Positions 27,746 through 36,531 are shown, numbered from the stretch's first letter. The stretch: DNA of 40,800 nt from an uncultured Flavobacteriaceae bacterium (GCA_963975495.1 CAXBID010000001.1:1-40800), one strand, 5' to 3'. Notes: generated from the letters alone by a model not told the origin. Program-made: numbers and translations.

Positions 27746-28750
27746 ATGTCTACAAATAAAAACGAATATCTTCAAAAAGTACTTGATACTCATGATATAA
27801 ATAAAGTAGAAAGTCTAGATAAATTTATAGCAAAGAAAAATGCTGTAAAGAATGCTCTAAATGAAAAGTTTACTGAAACTAAAGCCTCTAATGCAATTGA
27901 TTCAGGCTCTTATGCTAAAAATACTGCGATAAACACAAAGTTTGATATAGATTGTTGTATACCTTTTAAGAAGAAAGAGAAAGAAGAAGATAAAGGATAT
28001 AGTAGTCTAAAAGATATGTTTGATGATGTATATAAATATTTAAGAAACGAATATACAGAAGATGACGATGATATAACAAAAGAAGATGTTAGGAAACAAA
28101 AAGTGTCTATTGGTATGAAGTTTAATATTGATGGTAAAGAATTTGATATGGATGTTGTTCCAGGTCGTGAAAGACCTAATAATAATGATTATAACAGTAA
28201 TAATACCGACTTAAGTTTACATATTCATCCTTCTAATCGCTCAAAGAAAGAAGAAGATGAGAATAGAACTCGAATTAAAACAAATATTAAAAAGCATGTT
28301 GATTTATTAAGTGGTTCAGAAAGAACACACGAACGTAAAGTAGCTAAACTGATTAAAGTTTGGAAAACAGAAAGAAAAAACCAAAATGGAGGTAAATTAA
28401 TTAAATCATTTATGATGGAATTATATACCAAAGAGGCTTTTGATGTAGCAGATGAAATACCAAGCGGTTTATGGGAAAAAGTGAAAATGGTAATGAACCA
28501 TATAATAGATAATATAACAGAAAATAATTTAGTTGACCCAATAAATTCAAACAATATAGTTTCAGATTCAATGAGTGATACAGCTAAATCTGATACTAAA
28601 CGAGATATGAAAAAGACTATTAAGGATGTAGATGAGGATTCGGATAAAATAAAGGAATATTTCCCTATAAATGATGAATATGATGATGAGGACGAAGATG
28701 ATTCAAAAGCTTCAACAGCATCGGTTTTAAGCACAAGTAAGTTTGGATAA
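27746..28750 (+). CDS. cGAS/DncV-like (CD-NTase/SMODS-type) nucleotidyltransferase with acidic C-terminal tail ending in Gly
   Basis: Pol-beta NTase catalytic set: G54-S55 (27905-27910) in DSGSYAKNTAI, D67-x-D69 (27944-27952) in FDIDCCIPF, and a third Asp D136 (28151-28153) in FDMDVVPG. A helical segment KLIKVWK follows. The tail is EYDDEDEDDSKASTASVLSTSKFG-stop. Confidence 0.7.
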   Translation: MSTNKNEYLQKVLDTHDINKVESLDKFIAKKNAVKNALNEKFTETKASNAIDSGSYAKNTAINTKFDIDCCIPFKKKEKEEDKGYSSLKDMFDDVYKYLRNEYTEDDDDITKEDVRKQKVSIGMKFNIDGKEFDMDVVPGRERPNNNDYNSNNTDLSLHIHPSNRSKKEEDENRTRIKTNIKKHVDLLSGSERTHERKVAKLIKVWKTERKNQNGGKLIKSFMMELYTKEAFDVADEIPSGLWEKVKMVMNHIIDNITENNLVDPINSNNIVSDSMSDTAKSDTKRDMKKTIKDVDEDSDKIKEYFPINDEYDDEDEDDSKASTASVLSTSKFG

Positions 28751-30890
28751 AGATCAAGACAAGAAAATAATAAAAAGAATTAATGGACTAATTAAGAAAG
28801 ATAAGGATGTAACAATTATTGAAGAAATTGAAAAAAAAGAAAATTACTTTTCAGGAAAAGTTGAAGTAAATTATAAAAATGAACAACTTTTTTTTGATTT
28901 GGAAATTCCACATCATTATCCATTAACACATCCTAATTCGGACAACATTTCTATAATTTTTAGAAATGAAGAATACATTGGTTTAAATCATATTAATCTA
29001 GATGGTTCGGTGTGTTTTCATCCAGATAAAGATGATGATTTTGATAGAAAACTATTGTATGAACTAAAATGCCTCAAACAATGGATTAGGGATTATTATA
29101 TTTTTAATAAGGAGGATGCTAATTATGCTTATTTAATACATACTACAGAAAGTGGTAGAATTGATAAGCTTTACTTCACTAGCATTCACAATAATTTTAA
29201 AAAGCACTCTTTTGGATTATTTAACTATTCTATATTTTCTGATGAGAGATATGGAGATTCAAAATTACCAATCAAAAAACTATTTAGGTTAGGATTTGAT
29301 AATGACAAAACAGATAACTGGTCGAAAACTTTTAAAGAAGAATTAAATAGAAAGACTTGTAAGAAAGGGTTGTATTATTTTATTGAAGAAGAGCCAATAA
29401 AAAAAATACTAAAAGGCAGAAAAGGTATTGAGACATGGAATGAACTCGAAGAGTTCCTTTCCGATGAATTTATAGAGTATTTATATAAGGGATTAAAAGG
29501 AAAATTTAGTAAAGGGTTTTATAATGAAAACTATCTGTTTCTAATAATCGGATATAAAATACCTAATAATGAAACCTATGAAGAGCATTGGGATTTAATT
29601 AGATTATCTAAAAAAAATATTCCAATTGAATACAGAAGAATTCCTAAACAAGAACAAGATAGTTCTGGAAAGAGTTTTCTGCATATACTAAAAAAGAATA
29701 AAATCAATTGGAGGACAACAGAAAACATAGATTATAAACGGTTTTTTGGAAGAGGAAAACTAGATGATAAAATCACAAATTCTAGTATTTTAATTATTGG
29801 TTGTGGAGCTTTAGGAAGTTCTTTAGCTGAAACACTAGTTAGGGGCGGAGCAAGAAATATAATTCTTGAAGATTTCGACACAATCAAGGGAGGGAATTTA
29901 TGTCGTGCAAATTATGACCTAAATGATATGATTTTCCCAAAAACTGTTTGCTTATCTAAAAGACTAAAATCAATTTCTCCATTTGTAAATTTAATTACAA
30001 TAGGAGCCAAACTAAATAATGTTGATTTAGATAAAATAAAAACTGTTTTCAATGATAATGTTGACCTGATTTTTGATTGCTCAACTGACCCAGAAGTGAC
30101 TTATATTTTAGATAAAATTAATTTTAAAGGAGATACATTTAGTTTAGCAATTACCAACAATGCTAAATCTTTTGTTTCTATAACTGGATTAGACTTGTCA
30201 AAAAAAGCCAAAATTATATTTAATTATGTAGAAAATGAGCCTCCAAAATTTATTGAAGGTACAGGCTGTGGTTATCCAACTTTTGAAGCAAATTATAATG
30301 ACATAATCACTTTACTAAATACTGGATTAAAAGTGATAAATGATAATTTTTCTAAAAATAAAAAGAACCAAACTTTTATTATTAAACCCGATTTTGAAGA
30401 CGAGTTAATAATTGATATCGAAGAATATGAATATTATAAATGTGATTATAATAATAGTGCAATCCACATATCTAAAAGTATTTTAAGGGAAATAGAAGAA
30501 ATTACGAGTTTCCATTATCCAAAGGAGTTTGGAGGTGTTTTTATTGGTTTTAAATCAGAATTAGGTTTTATTATTACTGATGTTTTAGTGCCAGATAAAT
30601 ATGTAAATGCAAGAGCTATTTTTATAAGACATCCTGGAACTTTAAATGAAAGGTTAGAAGAAATACATAAATTAACTAATGGTAAAATTCAATATTTAGG
30701 TGAATGGCATTCACATCCAGATGGACCAACTTCTCCTAGTAATACAGATAAAAATGCTATGAAAGAAATAGCACTGAACAAAAAAATTAATATTGATAAA
30801 CCTTTACTAATGATTGCAGAAGTAGGGCAATTGCCTTTTGGTAAAGATTTATATATATATGACAATAAAGAATTAAGAAAATATGAGTGA
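28743..30890 (+). CDS. Triple-fusion E2-like / E1-like (ThiF) / JAB deubiquitinase-like protein (Cap2+Cap3-like in one polypeptide)
   Basis: E2: H63-P-N65 and Cys91 in DGSVCFHP (29013-29015). E1: Rossmann G353-C-G-A-L-G358 (29799-29816), then EDFDTIKGGNLCRANY and DCSTD. JAB: EWH656SH658PDGPTSPS666NTD669 is an exact HxHx7Sx2D motif (30708-30749), with upstream Glu in PKEFGG. The ORF opens at 28731; TTG 28743 is the only plausible start. Confidence 0.85.
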   Translation: MDKDQDKKIIKRINGLIKKDKDVTIIEEIEKKENYFSGKVEVNYKNEQLFFDLEIPHHYPLTHPNSDNISIIFRNEEYIGLNHINLDGSVCFHPDKDDDFDRKLLYELKCLKQWIRDYYIFNKEDANYAYLIHTTESGRIDKLYFTSIHNNFKKHSFGLFNYSIFSDERYGDSKLPIKKLFRLGFDNDKTDNWSKTFKEELNRKTCKKGLYYFIEEEPIKKILKGRKGIETWNELEEFLSDEFIEYLYKGLKGKFSKGFYNENYLFLIIGYKIPNNETYEEHWDLIRLSKKNIPIEYRRIPKQEQDSSGKSFLHILKKNKINWRTTENIDYKRFFGRGKLDDKITNSSILIIGCGALGSSLAETLVRGGARNIILEDFDTIKGGNLCRANYDLNDMIFPKTVCLSKRLKSISPFVNLITIGAKLNNVDLDKIKTVFNDNVDLIFDCSTDPEVTYILDKINFKGDTFSLAITNNAKSFVSITGLDLSKKAKIIFNYVENEPPKFIEGTGCGYPTFEANYNDIITLLNTGLKVINDNFSKNKKNQTFIIKPDFEDELIIDIEEYEYYKCDYNNSAIHISKSILREIEEITSFHYPKEFGGVFIGFKSELGFIITDVLVPDKYVNARAIFIRHPGTLNERLEEIHKLTNGKIQYLGEWHSHPDGPTSPSNTDKNAMKEIALNKKINIDKPLLMIAEVGQLPFGKDLYIYDNKELRKYE

Positions 30891-31714
30891 TAAAATCAAT
30901 TTAAGAAAACTATTTGGAGGCTTACAAAACCAAATGATAGCTCAATTAAATACTAATAGAGAATTTATTGAACACCCAGATTCTAAAGGGGATTCTTTAG
31001 AAAATACATGGATTGAATGGTTAAGAACCTATTTACCAAATAGATATTGTGTTGATAAAGCAATTGTTATTGATTCAAAAGGACAATTGAGTCATCAAAT
31101 CGACTTGGTTATTTATGACCAAACTTATACACCTTTTGTATTTAAACAAAATGGAATTTTTTATATACCAGCAGAAGGAGTATATGCTGTTTTTGAAGTG
31201 AAACCAGACCTTGATAAAGGTAATATTATTTATGCAGGTGATAAAATTGAAAGTGTTCGAAAACTATTTAGAACATCTACAAAAATAATAGATAGAGGTA
31301 AACCATATAATGCTAGACCTTTAACTAATTCTTGGTGGTGTTCTAACTATAGAAACTAAAATAAAAGATGAAACAATCGAGGGGCACCTCAAAAGTTTAA
31401 AAGGGCTAAAATCAATTGATATTGGTTGTGCGGTAAAGAATAAAAGTTTTTATGTAGATTATAATAAAGATGATAGCATTTTTGACATCGATAGAGATGT
31501 AATTTTATCTTTCAAAGAGCATAATGATTTAATTCTTAAATTTTACAATGAGCGAAATGTGAAAAATATTGAGTTTAGTAAGAAGAATAATTCTTTAGTA
31601 ACGTTCTTTTTACAATTGACAAGGTATTTACAACAAAGTATTGGAACTGTTGCGGCTATTGATTTGTCAGAATATGCGAAAGCTGTTAACTTTGAAATAG
31701 ATGAGGAAATATAA
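30883..31714 (+). pseudogene. PD-(D/E)xK-type nuclease-like effector, split by a +1 frame change near 31321-31333
   Basis: Part 1 (30883-31359) carries SHQIDLVIYD ... VYAVFEVKPDL (D...ExK) and an N-terminal KGDSLENTWIEWLRTYLPNRY block that I recall from the DUF6602-type family. Part 2 is the adjacent frame, open 31325-31711 for 129 codons with no stop and no Met, ending at stop 31712-31714. Confidence 0.65.
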
Positions 31715-31724
31715 ATATCTTTAA

Positions 31725-32105
31725 ATGGAAGAAATAAATTTAAAAATGATTCAAGATTTATTTGAATCTGGTTCTCTTGAATTGATAGCAACACAACCAG
31801 GAGTTTGTCTGCCAATGTTGCAGAGAATATACAAGAAAATGAAGGTTGGAATAGAATTTGCTGATATTAGAGTAAATGACTCAAGAATAGTTGATGGCCA
31901 TCATAGATATATTTGTTCCAAACTTTTAAATATAGATATAGGAATCAATAATAATTATCCAATACCATCTACAGCTGAAAGTCATAAGTGGGAAGTTTTA
32001 GTCATTGACGAATTTGATTTCGAGACAGAAGAAGAAATTAAAAACCATAATTTGAGAGATGCTGAAATAAATGATGTAGATTTTGATTTTTTAAACAGTT
32101 TATAA
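31725..32105 (+). CDS. Small ParB/sulfiredoxin-fold (DGHHR motif) protein
   Basis: RIVDGHHRYICSK (D57-R61, nt 31893-31907) matches the ParB N-terminal/Srx catalytic-loop motif. The gene starts 10 nt after the nuclease stop. Confidence 0.5.
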   Translation: MEEINLKMIQDLFESGSLELIATQPGVCLPMLQRIYKKMKVGIEFADIRVNDSRIVDGHHRYICSKLLNIDIGINNNYPIPSTAESHKWEVLVIDEFDFETEEEIKNHNLRDAEINDVDFDFLNSL

Positions 32106-32126
32106 AATAATGTATATATTTGTAAT

Positions 32127-32597
32127 ATGTTAATATTGTTAGACATAGACGGAGTAATGGTTCCTGCAAACAATTGGAAACGACCAGAATTTGAAAGTGA
32201 TGGATTTCCGAGGTTCAGTAGAAAAGCCACAGATAGCCTTCAGAAAATTATTTCTGAAACAGGTGCAGAAATTCTATTGACTACTTCTCATAAGTCTAAT
32301 TACTATGTTGGTGAATGGAGAAATATTTTTTCGAGTAGAGGTGTTTTAAATGCTAAAATTAGAAAACTAAATAAAAATTCTAATTATCTTACTAGAATGG
32401 AAGAGGTAATGAAATGGGTTGCAAAAAACAATGAAAAGGAATTCGTTATAATTGACGATGATAAGACTTTAAATAGTTTGCCACCTAGAATAAAATCACG
32501 ACTTGTGCAACCTAGTGCAACGGTTGGTTTAAATGAAGAGCTAGCTGATTCTGCCATTAGAATATTAAAATCTTCTAATAAAGAACTAGTTATTTAA
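32127..32597 (+). CDS. HAD-superfamily phosphatase-like protein
   Basis: Motif I LLDIDGVMV (DxD at 32142-32150), motif II LLTTSHK, and a late acidic motif FVIIDDD. Confidence 0.6.
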   Translation: MLILLDIDGVMVPANNWKRPEFESDGFPRFSRKATDSLQKIISETGAEILLTTSHKSNYYVGEWRNIFSSRGVLNAKIRKLNKNSNYLTRMEEVMKWVAKNNEKEFVIIDDDKTLNSLPPRIKSRLVQPSATVGLNEELADSAIRILKSSNKELVI

Positions 32598-32618
32598 ACG
32601 GAAAATACTATTGATTTC

Positions 32619-32646
32619 AAAACCCTTTCAATTGAGAGGGTTTTTT
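32619..32646 (+). terminator. Rho-independent terminator closing the 27746-32597 operon
   Basis: aaaaccctttc / gagagggtttt form a stem around the loop aatt, followed by a T-run. Confidence 0.7.
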
Positions 32647-32711
32647 CTTTAGTAAACACTTATCCTTATGTATAACAAAATCAATTCAAAACTTAATTAT
32701 AAGATTATTAT

Positions 32712-33374
32712 TTAGTCGTAAATCCCAAACATAAGAGCCAAAGCCATGGCTCTAATATTTGAAGGTTTTAAAAAATAATCAGCTTCATCTTTATTGGTCA
32801 CAAACCCCAATTCAACAAGAATAGTTGGACAAAAACCAGTCATTTCGCGTAAGACTTGAAAATCAGCAAACTTCACACCTCGTTTGTCAAACCCTAATTT
32901 ACTGTAGCTTTCATTTATAACCGATAATCCCAAAGCAATAGATTCTTTAATATGCAATTTTTCAGAATTATGCACATAAACTTCAATACCTTTAGAATTG
33001 TATGGAGATGCATTACAATGCAAGGACACAAGCACATCCGCGGTTAAAGCTTTAGCCAATCGATCTCTATCAGAAAGCGAAATAAACGTATCGCAATATC
33101 TGGTCAAATAAATATCCAGTTTATCATCTAAAATAGTTTTGTTTAGCCTAATAATTTCCTTGGCAACATTTAAAACCACATCCTTTTCCTGGATCCCATT
33201 TATGCCAATGGCACCAGAATCTTTTCCACCATGCCCCACATCAATAACAATTCTTTTTCGTGCATCCAAATTTTGACCAAAAAGCAAGCACATTTTTAGC
33301 ATCACTAGAAGAAATACGACGTTTTTGAGCTTCATTTTCAAATTGGTTTTCATAATTGAGCGTCCTTTTAGCAT
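32712..33374 (-). CDS. N-acetylmuramoyl-L-alanine amidase (Amidase_3 type)
   Basis: IVIDVGHGGKDSGAIG ... LVSLHCNAS ... ILVELGFVTN. Signal peptide present; the start is probably an internal Met at 33353. Confidence 0.85.
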   Translation of the reverse strand: MLKGRSIMKTNLKMKLKNVVFLLVMLKMCLLFGQNLDARKRIVIDVGHGGKDSGAIGINGIQEKDVVLNVAKEIIRLNKTILDDKLDIYLTRYCDTFISLSDRDRLAKALTADVLVSLHCNASPYNSKGIEVYVHNSEKLHIKESIALGLSVINESYSKLGFDKRGVKFADFQVLREMTGFCPTILVELGFVTNKDEADYFLKPSNIRAMALALMFGIYD

Positions 33375-33530
33375 CCAAAATCATAAGATTTAATGCCTTT
33401 TAGTTGCAATTAAAAACAATCTAAATCAAACAATATTATTTACATAAAATACTGAAAATCAGTTGTTTGAAAACAAATATATTGTAATTTTCATAAATCA
33501 AAACCATTAAAAACTTAAATTTTAATTCTT

Positions 33531-33818
33531 ATGAAAAAATCAATTTATTTAACCTTGCTATTGGGCTTTATTTCAACTTCCATTTTTGCACAGATTGGAG
33601 GCATTGAAGATTCTGTAAATGATGTTTCCGACACTATTAGAACCATTTTTCCAATCATTTTGGGCGTTATTTTCTTGGTAGGTTTCCTATTCAATGCCGG
33701 TCATTTCTTTGGAGAGAATGCCGATTTAAAAAAGGGCATCACCCGCGTATTGGTATTCGTACTTATTGCTGGTGCCGTGGTAGGCATCTTTACTTATTTA
33801 ATTGGAATTGTAGTATAA
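33531..33818 (+). CDS. TraE-like small membrane protein (VirB2/pilin-like position)
   Basis: Signal peptide plus two TM helices, 95 aa. It is the first gene of the tra operon, as in CTnDOT-type elements. Confidence 0.55.
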   Translation: MKKSIYLTLLLGFISTSIFAQIGGIEDSVNDVSDTIRTIFPIILGVIFLVGFLFNAGHFFGENADLKKGITRVLVFVLIAGAVVGIFTYLIGIVV

Positions 33819-33854
33819 GTTACTAAGCAACATTTTGCAATAAAAAACACATCT

Positions 33855-34139
33855 ATGAAAACCTTTAAAATCTATAAAAACATCAGAAAGCGCGCGATGA
33901 TCATGGGTCTTCCCATTTCATTGTTCGCACTGATGATGACAGCCGTAATAGGATCCCTGTTATTTATCATCTTTTCCTTTAGTTTTTCGGTCATTATTAT
34001 GGTGTTTCTATTCAACGGCATATTGTATGTCGCATTGACCCACATTACAAAGACCCCATCCCTATTGCATTTTAAAAAAGTGTTTCCACAAACCATTAGT
34101 AATAAAAAACAAAACCACTTGTATTATGAAGGCTATTAA
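33855..34139 (+). CDS. TraF-like small membrane protein (VirB3-like position)
   Basis: 94 aa with two TM helices. It overlaps the traG start by 14 nt. Confidence 0.55.
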   Translation: MKTFKIYKNIRKRAMIMGLPISLFALMMTAVIGSLLFIIFSFSFSVIIMVFLFNGILYVALTHITKTPSLLHFKKVFPQTISNKKQNHLYYEGY

Positions 34140-36531
34140 CCTTGCTGCATACCATCCCATATTGGACATCCAAGATCATATCTTGTTTGCAAATAATGGT
34201 AATGTGGTTTTATGTTATAAAGTAGAGTTGCCAGAAGTATACTCACTGTCTGAATCGGACTTTGAAGACATACACGGGGCTTGGTTTCAAGGGTTTAAAT
34301 CCCTGCCAACAAGTACCATTATCCATAAACAGGATATTTACGAAAAGAAAGATTATGATGCCACTCAGTTGCCCAATGATAGCTTTTTAGAAAAGGCTAC
34401 TCATGATTATTTTAAAGGAAGGGAATACATGCAACATAGTTGCTATTTGTATTTTATCATTCCCTATAACAAAACTCTGAATGCCACCAAATTCACCAAC
34501 CCTTTTCGAAGTATAGACAAAGGGATTCACAAACAAATGGATCATAACGTGCAGGAGTTTGTTACCTCTGTAAGCGATGCAGTATCCTTTATCAATAACA
34601 GCCGAAAGTTGTCATTGACACCATTGAATCAAACCGACATACTAACTATTACAGCAGCTTACTTCAATGGATTCAATGAAGGTTTTGACACCGATATTCA
34701 ACTTAAGAAATCCGATATTGAAATAGGGGAAAACCATTTTGATGTATTGGCGGTCAATAGTGAACTCTGTTTTGGGGATGTCGTACAGAGTAGCAAAACC
34801 AATGATAAGTTTACTTCAGACGATTTTGTGTTCCATCAAGGGTTTATCGATGGCTTGGGATTGAACCTCAATGAAAACCATATCATCAACCAGATTATCT
34901 ATTTGGATGATAAGCATAAATGGCGAAAACTGCTGGAGAAGAAAATGGAGGAACTTAACAAAAGTTCCAATTTCGGTACGCAGAATAAAGTGGTCTTAAA
35001 GAAAATCGAGGACATTGTAGATCAGATTAATGCGGATGATTCCTCACGGATTATACGAGGGCATCTGAACATCATTTTTTGGTCTCAAGAAGCCCAAGAG
35101 CTCAAACACATAGCATCAAAGATTAAAGCCGAGTTTAAGGAACTCGATATTATACCCTATTATCCCAGAGGAGAAGAACGGAAGCAATATTTCCTGAATA
35201 GCTTTTGTTGTTTTGCTTCCAACTTCTCCAATGCGGATTTGTATGTCACCGATTTAAAGCACGCTCTGTGTTTATGCATCAATAACACCAATTACCGATC
35301 CGATGCTAAGGGCATCATTTTTAATGATAGACAGCATAATATTCCCGTACTTAAAGATGTTTGGGATGAGCAAAAGAAGCGCATCAAGGCTAGGAACTTT
35401 GCCATTTTTGCTCCCACAGGAGAAGGAAAATCCTTTTTGGCCAATAACATCTTACGGCAGTATTTTGAAAGCGGTGTTCGTTTGGTCATCATTGATTTGG
35501 GTGGGTCCTATTCCAAATTTGCTAAGCTGTATCCAAAAGACCATATTATTTTGAAATATGAGCAGGGAAAAAACCTGGGCATCAATCCCTTTTACATTTC
35601 CACGGATGCTGACTTGACACCAGAACGGTTGGAAGATCTCACCATGTTTCTATTGGAGCTTTTGGCTTCAGGTAAAGTGACCACCAAAGCGGAACAGGTG
35701 GCCATGAAAAAAGTATTGTTACAATATTATGCACAAACTCGGGAAGCACATTCACTAGCAACATTATATCAATTTGTGGATGGTGAAAAGGAGACGCTGA
35801 TAAAGAAGTTGAACATTCAAGAAGAACATTTCAGTGTTTATAATTTTCTGCATATTCTATCGGAGTATGTGGGTGACGGCCTTTATAGCTTTCTATTCAA
35901 TATCAGTGAAGACCAAACCTATAAAATTGAGGACAAGCGATTGATAGTCTTTGAACTCGATGAAGTCAAGGACAACAAGGAAATCCTATCGGTGATGTTG
36001 AAGCTTATTAAATCGGCCATCCAACGTACCATTTGGCGAAACAAAGCCGAAAGAGGCATCATTTTGTTTGATGAGTTTGCCAAACAATTGAAGTTTGATA
36101 ATGTCCTGGAAAGTGTCGAATTCTATTATCAGGCCATTAGGAAACAAAATGGGGCGATAGGTATTATTCTACAATCCATAAATCAATTACCCAATAATTC
36201 TACATCCGCCAGTATTTTGGAAAACACGCAGATTATTTATAGTCTCCGTAATGAAAAGGGCTATGAAGAATTAAAAAACAGATTGAGTTTGTCCAGCCAT
36301 GATCTGAACCAACTGAAATCCATCAGGAATAATTTGACAGGCTCTAGGAAGTACACCGAAATGTTTATCAAAATAGGGAAGGAGAGCAACATCTTTAGAT
36401 TGGAAGTACCCAAAGAAGTCTATGCAGCTTACCTGACCGATGGTAGTGAATCAGAGACCATCATGAAACTCTTTGATGAACATCAAGATATGGAAAAAGC
36501 CATCAACATATTTATTAAGCAGCAGCCATAG
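34126..36531 (+). CDS. traG: TraG-family conjugative transposon ATPase (VirB4 homologue)
   Basis: 801 aa. Walker A FAPTGEGKSF, Walker B-like IILFDEFAK, and the characteristic N-terminus HPILDIQDHILFANNGNVVLCYKVELPE. Confidence 0.9.
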   Translation: MKAINLAAYHPILDIQDHILFANNGNVVLCYKVELPEVYSLSESDFEDIHGAWFQGFKSLPTSTIIHKQDIYEKKDYDATQLPNDSFLEKATHDYFKGREYMQHSCYLYFIIPYNKTLNATKFTNPFRSIDKGIHKQMDHNVQEFVTSVSDAVSFINNSRKLSLTPLNQTDILTITAAYFNGFNEGFDTDIQLKKSDIEIGENHFDVLAVNSELCFGDVVQSSKTNDKFTSDDFVFHQGFIDGLGLNLNENHIINQIIYLDDKHKWRKLLEKKMEELNKSSNFGTQNKVVLKKIEDIVDQINADDSSRIIRGHLNIIFWSQEAQELKHIASKIKAEFKELDIIPYYPRGEERKQYFLNSFCCFASNFSNADLYVTDLKHALCLCINNTNYRSDAKGIIFNDRQHNIPVLKDVWDEQKKRIKARNFAIFAPTGEGKSFLANNILRQYFESGVRLVIIDLGGSYSKFAKLYPKDHIILKYEQGKNLGINPFYISTDADLTPERLEDLTMFLLELLASGKVTTKAEQVAMKKVLLQYYAQTREAHSLATLYQFVDGEKETLIKKLNIQEEHFSVYNFLHILSEYVGDGLYSFLFNISEDQTYKIEDKRLIVFELDEVKDNKEILSVMLKLIKSAIQRTIWRNKAERGIILFDEFAKQLKFDNVLESVEFYYQAIRKQNGAIGIILQSINQLPNNSTSASILENTQIIYSLRNEKGYEELKNRLSLSSHDLNQLKSIRNNLTGSRKYTEMFIKIGKESNIFRLEVPKEVYAAYLTDGSESETIMKLFDEHQDMEKAINIFIKQQP

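Noticed and set aside
28225-28734. 169-aa minus-strand ORF inside the NTase gene
   Set aside because: It is Ser-rich and low-complexity, the mirror of the Asp/Glu/Lys-rich plus-strand gene. The plus-strand frame carries the catalytic motifs, so this is a shadow ORF.
28731-28750. Possibility that the NTase and the E2-E1-JAB protein are one polypeptide joined by programmed frameshifting
   Set aside because: No slippery heptamer is evident. The NTase ends in a clean Gly-TAA, and a TTG start in the overlap is sufficient. The idea is kept only as a remote alternative.
31543-31815. 90-aa minus-strand ORF
   Set aside because: It overlaps the open C-terminal frame of the nuclease-like gene and the start of the ParB-like gene. 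The plus-strand reading is continuous with the operon.
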